A stretch of DNA of 64,000 nt, from NCBI GenBank assembly GCA_965224085.1, contig CBDCYI010000005.1, positions 2,208,001-2,272,000 on the forward strand, in the 5' to 3' direction. The stretch is from Candidatus Marinacidobacterales bacterium (GTDB lineage Bacteria; Acidobacteriota; Vicinamibacteria; Marinacidobacterales; SMYC01). The position numbers and the translations under genes were made by a program. The notes beneath the pieces are model-generated. The model was not told the origin of the DNA. It ran no database searches and worked only from the letters and a program-made list of their open reading frames with translations. This document shows, piece after piece, positions 45,833-56,936 of this stretch (positions within the stretch are counted from its first letter, which is position 1; every line of letters begins with the position of its first letter).

Positions 45833-45889
45833 TACTTCTCCTCCCTGGGAAATCACATTCACGTCCGCGGACCTCTCGGAAGACTTCAC

Positions 45890-46055
45890 TCACTCGTTCG
45901 AGATGAGAACGAGCTCGCGCTCGCCGAGAGGCTGCACCGGACGGTCGTTCTCGTGAAGGTGCGACGTGATGGCCGCGATCTGCTCCGTGGAGATCTCGAC
46001 ACGCTCGCCCCACACGATCCATTCGACGCCCTGGGAGCATGGAGTGGTGGTGAAC
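45890..46055 (-). pseudogene. Alpha carbonic anhydrase C-terminal remnant
   Basis: Not in the ORF track; reads TTTPCSQGVEWIV...ISTEQIAA...NDRPVQPLGER. Confidence 0.65.
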
Positions 46056-46150
46056 CATCGTCATTGGCAAAAGAATTGCTATGTGTCGAGTCTCTTCTCC
46101 TTCGACGCCTCCGAGCTCATCGCGAAAATGCGCTGCACGGTTCACTCGCC

Positions 46151-46500
46151 TTAGCGTTCAAACACTACGTTTCCTTTGAAGAGCGTCGTCTGGACTTCTG
46201 TTTTGTGGATCTCGGTCTCCGGGATCTCGAAAAGGTTGTGGTTGAGGATGATCATGTCGGCCCACTTGCCTACCTCGATAGAGCCCGTCACATCGTCCAG
46301 TCGAAGTGACCAGGCGACGTTGATCGTGTGCGCAATGATGGCTTCTTCCAGAGTCAAAGCATGCTGCGGACCCATCTTTTCGACATCCGGCTTGCCAGGA
46401 AATCCCCGAGTGATGGTGGCTTCCATTCCGAACCATGGCCACAGGACAGCCACCGGGGCGTCGCTGTGACTGAACAGGCGAATTCCGGCTTCCCATGGAC
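46151..46500 (-). pseudogene. Amidohydrolase-3 (YtcJ-like) C-terminal remnant
   Basis: HSDAPV, LTLEEAIIAHT, GSIEVGKWAD and TLFKGNVV. Confidence 0.75.
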
Positions 46501-46599
46501 GACGGAGCGCATCGTAGTCTTCAAAGACGGCTGCCCGTCGACGAGAACATCGAAGCTGTTCTTTGTCTCGTCCCGTACGGCAGGACGCGTCGTCCGCAG

Positions 46600-47773
46600 C
46601 GATCGATCGCGAACGGAATCACGCCTTGATTCAGTTCGGGATCGCTCACCGCCGCCGACGCGTCTTGCATCCACGAGCCATAGACCGTCGTTTTCGAGCT
46701 CAGGCGCTGCTCGACCCCGACGCCAAAGTTTACTATCGCACGCGCCGAGTGGTTCACCAACGGGTCGAAAGCCCCGCCCATCGGCCGGATCACGACAGGC
46801 TCCGCCTCGATGACCGTGTAAGGATCCACCGAGCCGAACACTCACCCGAGACATGGATCGCGGTATCGGCAAATCGATACCGCAGTCCGAAAGCGACCGA
46901 CATCGGCGACTTGTAGCGCGTCTCGAGGTTCCGCTGAAGCTGGCTCGCGATCGCGCTGTCCGGGCTTGTGTCACCGTCGAGGTCGACGCCCGTAATCAAC
47001 CTCTGAACGTCGACCTTACCGTCGCCAAACAGACCAACGCCGGGCGTAGTCAAGGCTACACCGAGGCTCAGCGCATCGATCGGCCGGTAGGCAAGACCGA
47101 GCTTCCAAAGTAACCTCAAATGGGAATAGCGGAACTCGTCGCTCTGCAGAACCGACGAGCCGGGGTTGTCCGGCGCCGCGACACCCGCGGTCAGTTGGGT
47201 GAGGGTCCGTTGTCCACGCAACACGAAGAACTGACTGACGCCGAAGCCAAGGGTCTCGCTAACTCTTCTCGACCAAGTTCCCCCGGCCCAGTACTCTCGA
47301 GCGGTCTGATCGACTCTCACGCCCGCCGTGGAAGCCCTTCCCGCGTCATTGTTTTCATCGCGACGAGCCGACAAACGCAGCGTTAGGTCCTGTCGGGTTA
47401 GAAACGCGAACGCATAGCGGTTGGTTGCACCCGAGCCGATCTGTCCGGACACGAAGCTCGGCGCGAACTCGAGACCCCTCGATCGAAAATCGACGTCCTC
47501 TCCGGCGCCGTCGGGGATGCGGATTTGCCAGATCTCGAGCGCGTCGAGGCTGAAGGTGAAACGAGGGTCCGCCGCGAGCGCGAGCGCACCGGGGTTGTAA
47601 AACGTCGCGCTCAGGTCGTAGGCGCTTGCGACTACCAGGCCGCCCAGAAGGGTCTCCGTGGGGCCGTACTGCCGGGTCCAATAGTGGGCGTCCTGCGCCC
47701 AAGCGGCTACGCTCGTCAGACAGCAAAGCGCTGCCAGCAGGAGTCTCCCTGGTGGTGAGTCGATGGTCGCCAT
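46600..47773 (-). pseudogene. FadL/TodX-like outer-membrane transporter, frameshifted near 46843 and 3'-truncated
   Basis: Signal AWA-Q, SATFYNPGAL, beta-strand pattern continuing in a second frame. Confidence 0.65.
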
Positions 47774-48058
47774 CCGAACCGTACCTGCTCCTAGAACCTA
47801 ACGCGAGACGTAAAAGGTAACATCCGCAGCGGCTAAGTGCGTAGTGTTCGCTCGTCCTTCGTCCCGCGCTCAGCACCCGCTTCGCTCGCGCTCAGTACGG
47901 CTGAGCTCTTCGTGCTCCGAGAGCGGCGGAGCTTTGCCGGCGCAGGCCCCGAGAATTAGGCTCAGACATACCGCTTGGCGGACGTTTGTCATCCCGGTTA
48001 GACTGCTTTCCGCCCGAATTCCAGGCAAGTGACACTATACTAAAATGGATCAGGCCAA

Positions 48059-48289
48059 GTGAGCTCTGGGCGCACGCCCCCCGGGGACGAGCCGACCCGC
48101 CATCCGTGGATCTGGGTCGTCTACGCGGTGCTCTTCGTCGCGGCCATCCCCTGGTACCTCCCGTCCGAAGCGGCCTCCACGACTTGGCTAGGCTTCCCCC
48201 TCTGGGTCACGCTGTCGCTCGCAGCAACCTTCGCCATCGCACTCTTCACGGTCTATGTCATCGGCCGATTCTGGAGTGAGGACGAGTGA
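48059..48289 (+). CDS. DUF3311-like small membrane partner of SSS transporter
   Basis: IPWY and WLGFPLW; two TMs; GTGA overlap with the symporter. Confidence 0.75.
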   Translation: MSSGRTPPGDEPTRHPWIWVVYAVLFVAAIPWYLPSEAASTTWLGFPLWVTLSLAATFAIALFTVYVIGRFWSEDE

Positions 48290-49791
48290 GCTCTGTTCCG
48301 CTCGGTTACGGCGCCGTCGCGTTCACGGGCGTCTATCTCGCGGCGATGATAGGTCTCGGTTTTCTCGCGAAGTCGAAGCGAGCGGGAGACTCGCTGAGCG
48401 ATTTCTATCTCGCTGGCCGGAGCCTGGGACCGCTCGTGCTCATCCTGACGCTCTACGCGACGCAATATAGCGGCAACACCGTCGTCGGCTACCCGGCCGA
48501 GGCGTCGCGCATGGGTTATGCGTGGATCATGAGCGTGAGCTTCATGATGTCCATCGTCGTGGGCTACCTTCTCTACGCGCCCAAACTGCAGCGCGTCGCC
48601 AGGCGCCACGGTTTCGTCACACCGGGCGATTGGGTCGACTATCGCTTTGGCTTGAATCGCCTGTCGCTACTGACGAACGTTCTTCTCGTCGTCTCCATCG
48701 CGAACTATTTGCTCGCCCAGCTCATGGCGATGGGCCACGTCGTCGCCGGTATATCGGGGAACTTGATCCCCTATTGGGTGGGAGTGACCGTCCTCGTATT
48801 CGTCATCATCATCTATGAAACGCTCGGGGGGCTCCGGGGCGTCGCATGGACCGACATTCTCCAGGGTGGCATGCTCTTCGTGGGGCTCCTCGGCCTCCTC
48901 TACGTCGCCGCCCCAGGTCCGTCACACTGGCAAGCGTTGACGGATTGGTTGAGCGCCAATGCTCCGGAGAAGACCGCCATACCGTCACGAGAGGTGCAGA
49001 CACGCTGGCTGTCCACGGTGCTTCTCATCGGCTTTTCGGGCTCTGTTTACCCGCAAGCTATTCAACGGATCTACGCGGCGAAGAGCGCTCGCGCCTTGAA
49101 GCGCTCGCTTCAATGCATGATTTTCATACCTCTCGTCACGATGCCGGTTGTTGTTCTCGTGGGGCTCGTCGGCCTTCGACGTTTCACGGGGCTCGAGGGC
49201 ATCGCAGCGGACCAGATCCTTCCGATGCTGCTTGCGGAATGGGCGAAGCAATCGGTTTGGACCTATCTCCTCGCGGTCCTCGTCGTCACGGGCACACTGG
49301 CCGCCATCATGTCCACTGCCGATTCCGTCCTGCTGAGTCTATCGTCCATCTTGTCCAAGGACTTTCTCGGTAAATCGGTTCTCGCGGGCGCCTCGGAAAA
49401 ACGGCTCACGACCGTCGGCAAGAGATTGTCGTGGCTCGTGATGGCAGCGCTTGCGTCGATCGCCTTCGTTCCTCGCATGACGTTATGGGGTCTGCTGGAG
49501 CTGAAGATGGAGATCCTCGTTCAGGTCTCTCCGGTTTTTATTCTCGGTGCGATGTGGGAACGACTGGACGGACGCGCCGCGTTCTACGGCGTGCTCGTGG
49601 GAGCGGTGCTCGCCACGGGGTTTGCGCTAGGCGGGGTCGGGCGCTTCGGAGGGCTTCACGCCGGGCTCGTGGCGTGGGCTATCAACGTGGCAATTTGTGT
49701 TGGGTTTTCTTTCGTGTTGGCGGGAGAGCAGCCGGGAGGCCACTCCCCCGCCGAACAAGCGGGTAGCACGGAGGACGTATTAGCCGATTAG
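48286..49791 (+). CDS. Sodium:solute symporter family protein
   Basis: FYLAGRSLG, GGLRGVAWTD, QRIYAAK and AAIMSTADS. Confidence 0.92.
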   Translation: MSSVPLGYGAVAFTGVYLAAMIGLGFLAKSKRAGDSLSDFYLAGRSLGPLVLILTLYATQYSGNTVVGYPAEASRMGYAWIMSVSFMMSIVVGYLLYAPKLQRVARRHGFVTPGDWVDYRFGLNRLSLLTNVLLVVSIANYLLAQLMAMGHVVAGISGNLIPYWVGVTVLVFVIIIYETLGGLRGVAWTDILQGGMLFVGLLGLLYVAAPGPSHWQALTDWLSANAPEKTAIPSREVQTRWLSTVLLIGFSGSVYPQAIQRIYAAKSARALKRSLQCMIFIPLVTMPVVVLVGLVGLRRFTGLEGIAADQILPMLLAEWAKQSVWTYLLAVLVVTGTLAAIMSTADSVLLSLSSILSKDFLGKSVLAGASEKRLTTVGKRLSWLVMAALASIAFVPRMTLWGLLELKMEILVQVSPVFILGAMWERLDGRAAFYGVLVGAVLATGFALGGVGRFGGLHAGLVAWAINVAICVGFSFVLAGEQPGGHSPAEQAGSTEDVLAD

Positions 49792-50277
49792 GCCCTGGAC
49801 CCACATGCTGCCGAATCCGAGAAGGATAACGGCTTTGCCTTCGAAGTTTCCGTCGCCGGGGAAGATATCGACGACGAGGTGACCGACAGGCTCGTTCGAC
49901 TTCGTGAAGGTGGAGTCGAGCTTGATGAGCTTCGCCACGTCGGGCTTATCCCCGAAGGCGAGCTCGCCCGGCGACAAGACCATTTGCCAATCGCCGTCAC
50001 TCTTTTTGACCACGCCCACAGTGTACTTACCCGTAGGGATGCTCGCGGAGCCGGCCGTGATGGCGGTCGGCGTTTCGAATTTCGGAAGACCGGGTGAGGC
50101 GAACTCGCCAACGCCTAGCTTGGCAACGTGCTCCATGTTCGCGGGCACGGTAAAGAACGACAAGCTCACTTCCACATTTTCGGAAATCTTCGCGGACGTG
50201 GTCTTCTGGAAGTGAGGATGGGCTATCACGGCCGTCGCGGTCAGGAGCACAACAGCCAGTGCAATCGCTTTCTTCAT
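49780..50277 (-). CDS. Secreted protein, DUF2911-like
   Basis: Signal peptide; IPTGKYTV beta-sandwich motif. Confidence 0.6.
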   Translation of the reverse strand: MKKAIALAVVLLTATAVIAHPHFQKTTSAKISENVEVSLSFFTVPANMEHVAKLGVGEFASPGLPKFETPTAITAGSASIPTGKYTVGVVKKSDGDWQMVLSPGELAFGDKPDVAKLIKLDSTFTKSNEPVGHLVVDIFPGDGNFEGKAVILLGFGSMWVQGLIG

Positions 50278-50455
50278 TCTTTTTCTCCTAGTCAAACGAA
50301 GAGCCCCTCCAGAGGCAATGGGGCCATATTCCACAATCTGGGCCCGGCGGGCAAGTCCAGCGATCGAAGCATCAGGCGTCGATGTGAATGCGTTAACATG
50401 GTGTTTCGAAGCGACCTCCTAGAATGGCCCAAGGAGTGATTGAGGCAATGACGCA

Positions 50456-50626
50456 ATGAGACACAAAACCGCTCAGGTCGTGATAGCCCTTTGGCTTGTG
50501 GCACCGGGCGCAGCTTTCGCTCAAAACGTCATCGGGGGCACCGAGGATCTGGAATTCGACCGGCCCGAATCGTGGGGGATGAAGTTCTTTGCGTCGCTGT
50601 CCACTATCCTAGCGAGGCTTGCTTAG
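50456..50626 (+). pseudogene. Secreted-protein N-terminal remnant
   Basis: MRHKTAQVVIALWLVAPGAAFAQ...EDLEFDRPESWGMKFF runs into the convergent gene end. Confidence 0.45.
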
Positions 50627-52198
50627 GCTCAGGCGTTGGTTGCCTTCTATGCGTGAGGCGGCAGTTTGGGTGTTGTCGGGCCACAGGACCGCGACCCAGT
50701 CGGCGCCGGTCCAGTTGCCGAGGCCGAAGCGAACGCTCAGCTCGTTTTGGGAGGCTCGGCTCGAACCACCTGCGATGTCCTTGAATTGCACGATGTCGCC
50801 CGTTTTTACGGCGATGCGGGCGGAGACGCCTCGTTCGACGGCGACTTCCAGCCAACGATGGGAGCCACGGGTGGTCACGTTCTTGTAGAGGACGATCGGG
50901 GTTCCGTCTGTGGTCGCGATCACGATATCGGTGCCGCCGTCTCGGTCGTAATCCGCGAAGGCCACCGCCACGTTATGAGAGGCGGCGGGGGACAGGACGG
51001 GCGGATGGGCGATCGTCTGAACGTCGAAGCGCGCGACGGGGGTCCCGCGGTGCCGATAGGCTAAATACGGGCGGTCGTCTTCCTGAGCCAAGAAGATATC
51101 CGGCCAGCCGTCGAGGTCGAAGTCTTCGAAGCCAAGTCCCCAGCCGAAATCGCCTGCGGTGCCCGCGGCGTGCGTAATGTTCGTGAACGACCCGTCGCTG
51201 CCGTTGAGCAACAGAGGATGATCACCTAAGTTCGAAACGTAGTAATCGAGATAGCCGTTTCGGTCGATATCCGCGCCGTCGATCCCCATCGGGTAGCTGA
51301 TGCTCGCGTCGGTCCGGCTCGTGATATCGATGAAGCGCTCGGCGTTCTCATTCTCGAGAAGGATATGTCCGCCGCGATCGTTCCAAATCCAGAGGTCCTG
51401 ATCCCCGTCGTTATCGATGTCGCTCCACATGACCGCGCAGGGATTTCCGACGGGATGGGTCCGTACCCCCGTTGTGAGGCTCACGTCCTCGAACCGACCG
51501 CCTCCAAGATTTCTCAGAAGATAGGCGTTGTGCTCGCCGAGAAGCGCACTGGAGGCGGAGACGATGTCCAGACGGCCGTCGCGATCGTAATCTCCGATGG
51601 CGACGATCTTGCTGCGGCCGTCCGAAGCGAGGCTTTGTGACGATTCCGGGCCGCCGGCGCCAGCTTCCGACGTCGCGTCTTCGAAAATTGGGAAAACTCC
51701 GTCGCCGCTGTTTCGAAGCAGCACGTCCCTCGGATGTGCGCCGATGTAGAGGTCGACATCACCGTCGTCGTCGTAATCCCCGGCCGCGACGGAGTAAGTG
51801 TCGCGACCACCCAGGATAGCCGTTACACCGGACGCCGCCGAGACGTCCTCGAAAGTGCCGTCTCCGCGATTTCGGTAGTGGAGCGACGCGAAACCTCCGG
51901 CGCCCGCATTGCTCATCCCGTTCGCCACGAAGATATCGGCGAACCCGTCGCCGTTCAAATCCACAAAGGCGATGCCGACGCCGTGCGTGTTCCCGCCGCC
52001 GCGCGCGCCGCCGAGCCCAGCGGCTTGGGACGTGTTGATGAAACGGAGCGCCGAGGCAGGTGTCGTTTGGGTGATCTGCCGGGGTGTGTGACCGAAGTCC
52101 GGCGCGCCTGTGAAATCGATGGGCGTCCAGAATGGATCTTGCGCCCGTGCGACCACAGCGAGTAGACCGAGCGCCAGAAGCACCGCATAGCGGCTCAT
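50609..52198 (-). CDS. CRTAC1 family protein (FG-GAP repeats + ASPIC/UnbV)
   Basis: Repeated DxDxDGxxD motifs; GSSRASQNELSVRFGLG and VLWP. Confidence 0.9.
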   Translation of the reverse strand: MSRYAVLLALGLLAVVARAQDPFWTPIDFTGAPDFGHTPRQITQTTPASALRFINTSQAAGLGGARGGGNTHGVGIAFVDLNGDGFADIFVANGMSNAGAGGFASLHYRNRGDGTFEDVSAASGVTAILGGRDTYSVAAGDYDDDGDVDLYIGAHPRDVLLRNSGDGVFPIFEDATSEAGAGGPESSQSLASDGRSKIVAIGDYDRDGRLDIVSASSALLGEHNAYLLRNLGGGRFEDVSLTTGVRTHPVGNPCAVMWSDIDNDGDQDLWIWNDRGGHILLENENAERFIDITSRTDASISYPMGIDGADIDRNGYLDYYVSNLGDHPLLLNGSDGSFTNITHAAGTAGDFGWGLGFEDFDLDGWPDIFLAQEDDRPYLAYRHRGTPVARFDVQTIAHPPVLSPAASHNVAVAFADYDRDGGTDIVIATTDGTPIVLYKNVTTRGSHRWLEVAVERGVSARIAVKTGDIVQFKDIAGGSSRASQNELSVRFGLGNWTGADWVAVLWPDNTQTAASRIEGNQRLSLSKPR

Positions 52199-52213
52199 AC
52201 ACCCAGTATAGCC

Positions 52214-52693
52214 TCAGGCCGTGGTGGAAGCTGTGAGCTTCATGGCACCTCGATAGAGGCAGTAGAGGCCGCCCATTTGAATCACATGGTAAATGTCGTT
52301 CTGGTTGACGTGCTGATTGAGCGAAAGCTTGGCGACGAGCACCAAGAGCGCCACGAGGCTGACCGCTATGGCCCATTTGAGCCAGCGGACGCCTTGCTGG
52401 CGCGCGGCGTCGCTCGCCGCGTCCCGACGGACCGCGGAACGGACGCCGGCAACAATCAAGAGCACCGAACCGATGGCGATCGACCACAAAGTGAGATCCC
52501 AGACCCGTTTCCAGTGGTCGCCCAGCGGAACCCGAAATCCATGCGCCGTTCCTCCCAGGAGCGCGGCGATGGCCGTGACCAGAAAGGCGGCCACCCATAG
52601 CTTCGACCGGCGCCAGAGCGCGGCGGTGAACGACAGGCACAGCGCGGCGAGTGCGTAGTCGGTCAACATCGTGACGGGCTCGAGAATCACCAT
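52214..52693 (-). CDS. Membrane protein (DUF6962-like)
   Basis: EPVTMLTDY, GGTAHG and NDIYH; about 5 TMs. Confidence 0.7.
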   Translation of the reverse strand: MVILEPVTMLTDYALAALCLSFTAALWRRSKLWVAAFLVTAIAALLGGTAHGFRVPLGDHWKRVWDLTLWSIAIGSVLLIVAGVRSAVRRDAASDAARQQGVRWLKWAIAVSLVALLVLVAKLSLNQHVNQNDIYHVIQMGGLYCLYRGAMKLTASTTA

Positions 52694-52894
52694 GGCGGAT
52701 ACTCTCTACAACAAATAAAATAGGCGAGAACTTTCTCGCGGAGGCGACCTTCGCGCGCTTCGACGTTATCGCCAAAGGAGAGGATTTTCGTCTCAACCGG
52801 TTGAGCTTCGCGGCCGGGTTTCGATTCTAGAGCTCGTTCTTCGGCGGTCTTCGAATACGCAGCCCTTTTTTCATCCTCTCGGGGAGACATCGTC

Positions 52895-53917
52895 ATGCTC
52901 TCACGACTCATGGTCCTGACCTTCGTGGTCTTGGGCATCCACCCGCTCTACGGTCGCGACAAAACGGACATCGTCTACTTCGTCAACGGTGATGTGATCC
53001 ATTGCGAGATCAAAGGTCTCGCGCGCGGCAAGCTCACCGTCAAAAGCATTGGATTCGGCACCATAAACATCGAGTGGGACAAGATCGCGCACATCGAGAG
53101 CGAACATCCTTATCAGCTCGAGCTTCAGTCCGGGATCCGCTATCTGGGCGCGGTGGCGCCCGGTGAAGAGAGCGGGAAGATCGAGGTGCAGACGCTCGCG
53201 GGCACCAGTCGGCTGGACCAGGCGCGCATCGTTTCCATCGAGCCGGTCGAGGAGAGCTTCTTCCAACGTTTGGACGGCTCGATCGATCTCGGCTACGACT
53301 TCACGGTTGCTTCGAGCGCAACGAGCTGGTCGCTCAATGCGCAGACGACGTATGTCGGAGAACACTACGACGCCAAGATCGCATTCGATTCCCTCTACAA
53401 GACCCAGGAAGGCGCGGAACCGGTCAACCGGCAGAATATCGATATCACCTATTCGCGTCATTTTCGGGGCCGCTGGTTCTCCGTCGGGCTCGGACAGATC
53501 GAAAAGAACGACAATCAAGCTCTCGAGGTTCGCGGTCTCCTCGGCGGGGGGATCGGCCGAAGGCTCGTGCAAACGAACCGGACCAGGTTCTCCTTGATCG
53601 GCGGCGCGGCATTCTCGAACGAGAAATACACGGATACAGACTTCATGAAGAACGTCGAGATAGCCGGTGGCGTCCTCTTCGATACGTTTCGATTCAACTC
53701 CCCCGAAATCCAAGTCACCTCGAGCGCGCTCTTTCTTCCGAACGTTCTTCAGGCGGGTCGCGTGCGGATTCAAGCCCAAGCCAAGGTCAGGCTCGAGCTT
53801 TTCAAAGATCTCTACTGGCAACTGAGTCTCTTCGAGAGCTTCGACAGCGATCCTCCGAGCGAGCTCTCCCAGCGCAACGACTTCGGGATCACAACCTCAT
53901 TCGGCTGGAGCTTTTGA
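52895..53917 (+). CDS. DUF481-domain outer-membrane beta-barrel
   Basis: DIVYFVNGD, GGGIG, C-terminal FGWSF. Confidence 0.82.
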   Translation: MLSRLMVLTFVVLGIHPLYGRDKTDIVYFVNGDVIHCEIKGLARGKLTVKSIGFGTINIEWDKIAHIESEHPYQLELQSGIRYLGAVAPGEESGKIEVQTLAGTSRLDQARIVSIEPVEESFFQRLDGSIDLGYDFTVASSATSWSLNAQTTYVGEHYDAKIAFDSLYKTQEGAEPVNRQNIDITYSRHFRGRWFSVGLGQIEKNDNQALEVRGLLGGGIGRRLVQTNRTRFSLIGGAAFSNEKYTDTDFMKNVEIAGGVLFDTFRFNSPEIQVTSSALFLPNVLQAGRVRIQAQAKVRLELFKDLYWQLSLFESFDSDPPSELSQRNDFGITTSFGWSF

Positions 53918-54868
53918 CGCGTTCAGTTTGTAGCTGATGACAGCGCCGAGTAGGCCCGCCGTGAAACCAGCCGGCACATCGACCCCGTGGTGATAGCGGG
54001 TATAGACGCAGGCCACACTCATCCCGAGCGCGAACAACGCGAGAACCAAGGCAGGCTTTCTCTGGAACGGAAGAAGGCCAAATACCATACCCCACGACCC
54101 AGCCACATGCGCACTAGGGAAGCAGCCGCCGGACACGGCGCCGTGCTCGATGATCCTCTCGATGGCGGGGACGAAGACAACGCCCGTAAACGGCGTCATC
54201 CCCGCCATTAGCTCCGGGTTCTCCCATGGGCCGCGCGCGGGCAGATAGGGGTACCAAACAAAGCAGAGAAAAAACGCGGTGATGACCGAGGTCAGCGTCG
54301 ATTGAAATCCTGGAGCCGGTTTGGGCGAGCCCCTCGAGCCCATCCACGCGATGACGACGCCTCCGATGAGGATCAAGTAGTAGGAGAAGTAAAACGCGTG
54401 CATGAGCTCGTCCTGCACGAGGCCGACCCAGCCGTTCATCGTTATCGCCGGGAGCTCGCCGAAGAGCCATCGATCCGCCGCGTAAAGATGGCTTTCGAAC
54501 CAGTGCGGCGCGTGGCTCCACATCGCGTTCACGGTCTGGGCCCCTTCCTCGAAATAGAACAAGATGAGCAGCAGCGGATAGCTATACCGCAAGAAGCGGA
54601 GCCCACCGCGCACATGGCCTTTAGAACCGGTGAGGGGCACCGTCTCCCATCGGCTGCCACGCGGCAGCAGAATGATGGCCGCGAGCACGAAAACATGCAG
54701 CGCAAGAATCGAAACGGGCGCGGGCATCGTCGCGCGAAAGATGATCGTAAAGATCGCGATGATCGCCGTATAGCCAAAGACGATCCCGTCGAGTGGGGTG
54801 AAGCGATTCTTCAAATCCACACCCGCGGCCGCCGTGCTCACTTCGCATTCCACTGAAAGCTCTTCCAT
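53897..54868 (-). CDS. PAP2 family membrane phosphatase/phosphotransferase
   Basis: PARGP, CFPSAH and RYHHGVD. Confidence 0.85.
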   Translation of the reverse strand: MEELSVECEVSTAAAGVDLKNRFTPLDGIVFGYTAIIAIFTIIFRATMPAPVSILALHVFVLAAIILLPRGSRWETVPLTGSKGHVRGGLRFLRYSYPLLLILFYFEEGAQTVNAMWSHAPHWFESHLYAADRWLFGELPAITMNGWVGLVQDELMHAFYFSYYLILIGGVVIAWMGSRGSPKPAPGFQSTLTSVITAFFLCFVWYPYLPARGPWENPELMAGMTPFTGVVFVPAIERIIEHGAVSGGCFPSAHVAGSWGMVFGLLPFQRKPALVLALFALGMSVACVYTRYHHGVDVPAGFTAGLLGAVISYKLNASKAPAE

Positions 54869-55035
54869 GTTACCTCTCTGAACGGATAGGATGGCCTAAC
54901 CCATCGGATAGACGCCGGGACGCCGGGCTCCGATTTTCCACTATTTTTTGCGCCGCTCCGGACGCGGCAAGTCTTTTGCAAAGGGTATGCCTGGAAACGG
55001 CGACACTCGCCGCCGCCGTACAACAGGGAGGAAAT

Positions 55036-55470
55036 GTGAGAAGAGCGTTACTCGTGTTGATGACAACGTGGGCTTTGGTCTGGATGATTGGATGCGAGAC
55101 GAACCGAGCCCCGCTCACCGCTCCGGACACCGATCCGGGCAATCCGGTGGGGTCTTGGGTACTCCAATCGTTCGAGCGGAGTGACGGTAGTGTCGTGCCG
55201 GTACCCGAGCCTGGGCAATACACGCTCGATCTCCGCGACGACGGACGCGCGCACGTTCGGGCCGATTGCAACCTATGCAATGGCGGCTACGACGTGACGG
55301 GCTCGAGCCTCTCTTTCGGGCTCATGGCTTGCACGCTCGCCGCCTGCCCCCCCGGCTCGCTCGAGCGGGACTACTTGGAAGCGCTCGGCTCCACGTCGAT
55401 GTTCCAAGTGACCGGGAGCAGCCTGGCACTTGCCTATGAGGGTGGTGTCCCGAAATTCCAGGCGCCGTAG
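55036..55470 (+). CDS. META domain lipoprotein
   Basis: GGGAGG RBS and GTG; IGC lipobox; ADCN and TLAAC. Confidence 0.82.
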   Translation: MRRALLVLMTTWALVWMIGCETNRAPLTAPDTDPGNPVGSWVLQSFERSDGSVVPVPEPGQYTLDLRDDGRAHVRADCNLCNGGYDVTGSSLSFGLMACTLAACPPGSLERDYLEALGSTSMFQVTGSSLALAYEGGVPKFQAP

Positions 55471-55482
55471 AACACAACCGAG

Positions 55483-55510
55483 GGCCGGCGCTCCGTCAGG
55501 GGCGCCGGCC
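55483..55510 (+). terminator. GC-rich hairpin after META gene
   Basis: GGCCGGCGCTCC-GTCA-GGGGCGCCGGCC; weak T tail. Confidence 0.45.
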
Positions 55511-55548
55511 TGGTACGGTTTTTCAGAGCTCGCGGCGCGTAGTAGAGT

Positions 55549-56607
55549 ATGCACGCCATGAAACCCATTTTCTGGACCACCCTATGTCTGATCGCGACCC
55601 AAGTAAGCGCTCAGCCGCGCGAGCCGCACCGTTATTTCAAGGACATCATCGGCCTCAGCGACGCCGAGATCCGCCAAGTGGAGCAAGGTCAAGTCGTCGC
55701 CAAAGTGCTCGACACACCGCTCGCTCACGAAGTCGCTATCTTCGGCGCCGTTTGGGTCGAAGCCACGACCGACTATTTCGTCGAGAAGTATCAGGACATC
55801 GAGAGCTTCGAGAAAGGCGACGGCATCCTCCAGATTCACAAAATCGGCGATCCGTTGAAGCTCGAGGACTTCACGGGAATTCGTTTTCCCGAAGCGGACA
55901 TCGAAGCCATACCCAAATGCAAGATCGGGAAGTGCGCCGTCAAGATCGACGAGGACTCTCTCGTCCGGCTTCAAAGCGAGATCGACTGGAAGGCGCCGGA
56001 TGCCGAGCTAAGAGCGCAATCACTCATCGCCGAGCTCGCACATGAGGGCATTCGTGAGTACCAAAAAGGCGGCGACGCCACGCTGGCAGCCTATCGGGAC
56101 AAAAAACGGCCAACTTACTTGGCGAAAGAGTTCAAGGGCATGCTCGACAACTCGAGCTTTCTTTACGAGTACTTTCCCGAGTTCCACGACTACCTCCTCG
56201 GCTATCCCAAAGCGGAACTCCCGGGAGGCGCGGATTTCTTTTATTGGTCGCTGAACGACTTTGGCTTGAAACCACTTTTCCGCATGAACCATGTCGTCAT
56301 CTACGCCCTCGGAGAAGGGCACAATGCGGGGGTGGCGATCGCGTCCAAGATGCTCTACGCGAGCCACTACTTTCACACCGCGCTCGAGCTGCGCTTTCTC
56401 GTCCGCGACACGGCGAATCCCACAGATGTCGGTTTCTTTTTGGTAAGCGTCAACCGGAGCCGCTCAGATGGGCTCACCGGGTTTTTCGGCTCCATCATCA
56501 AGAGCCAAGCTGTCAAGAGAGCGAGAGACGGGGTCGTGGGCGCGCTTTCGAATGGGAAGAAGAATCTAGAGGCGGGCTACAAAAACGCGATGGCCAGCGC
56601 TCAGTAA
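55549..56607 (+). CDS. Hypothetical secreted protein
   Basis: Signal VSA-Q; FYWS..FGLKP and YASHYF motifs; 352 aa. Confidence 0.75.
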   Translation: MHAMKPIFWTTLCLIATQVSAQPREPHRYFKDIIGLSDAEIRQVEQGQVVAKVLDTPLAHEVAIFGAVWVEATTDYFVEKYQDIESFEKGDGILQIHKIGDPLKLEDFTGIRFPEADIEAIPKCKIGKCAVKIDEDSLVRLQSEIDWKAPDAELRAQSLIAELAHEGIREYQKGGDATLAAYRDKKRPTYLAKEFKGMLDNSSFLYEYFPEFHDYLLGYPKAELPGGADFFYWSLNDFGLKPLFRMNHVVIYALGEGHNAGVAIASKMLYASHYFHTALELRFLVRDTANPTDVGFFLVSVNRSRSDGLTGFFGSIIKSQAVKRARDGVVGALSNGKKNLEAGYKNAMASAQ

Positions 56608-56612
56608 GCGAA

Positions 56613-56641
56613 GAGCGTGCTCCCCATAGGAGAGCACGCTC
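56613..56641. terminator. Hairpin between convergent genes
   Basis: GAGCGTGCTC-9 nt-GAGCACGCTC. Confidence 0.55.
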
Positions 56642-56777
56642 CCAAAGAGGCTTATTCGCCGGCAGGTGGATAGTTCTTGAAGAGCTTCTCGGCGGCTTCC
56701 TGAATATTTTTGGGGAATTATCCGCTTGACTTTCTTCTGAATCGAGACTAATACTCGCCGCTTCCAGGAGAACGATT

Positions 56778-56936
56778 ATGCCTAGACCCACCAAAGACAA
56801 CGAAATTGAGGACCTTGAAGAACTCAGGGAAATCGCCGAGCGCGACCCGCTCAAGGCTCTCGAAGAATTCGTGGGTAAGGTCGTCAAAGACCAGCCGCCC
56901 ACAAATAAGCCAGTTGACTTTCTAGAGCAGACCTAA
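56778..56936 (+). CDS. 52-aa acidic passenger ORF
   Basis: AGGAG RBS; MPRPTKDNEIEDLEELREIAERDPLKALEEFVGKVVKDQPPTNKPVDFLEQT; below the ORF-track cutoff. Confidence 0.55.
   Translation: MPRPTKDNEIEDLEELREIAERDPLKALEEFVGKVVKDQPPTNKPVDFLEQT

Noticed and set aside
47841-47898. Short REP-like sequence with repeated CGCGCTCAGYAC
   Set aside because: Single degenerate occurrence in the window with weak pairing; not enough support to call
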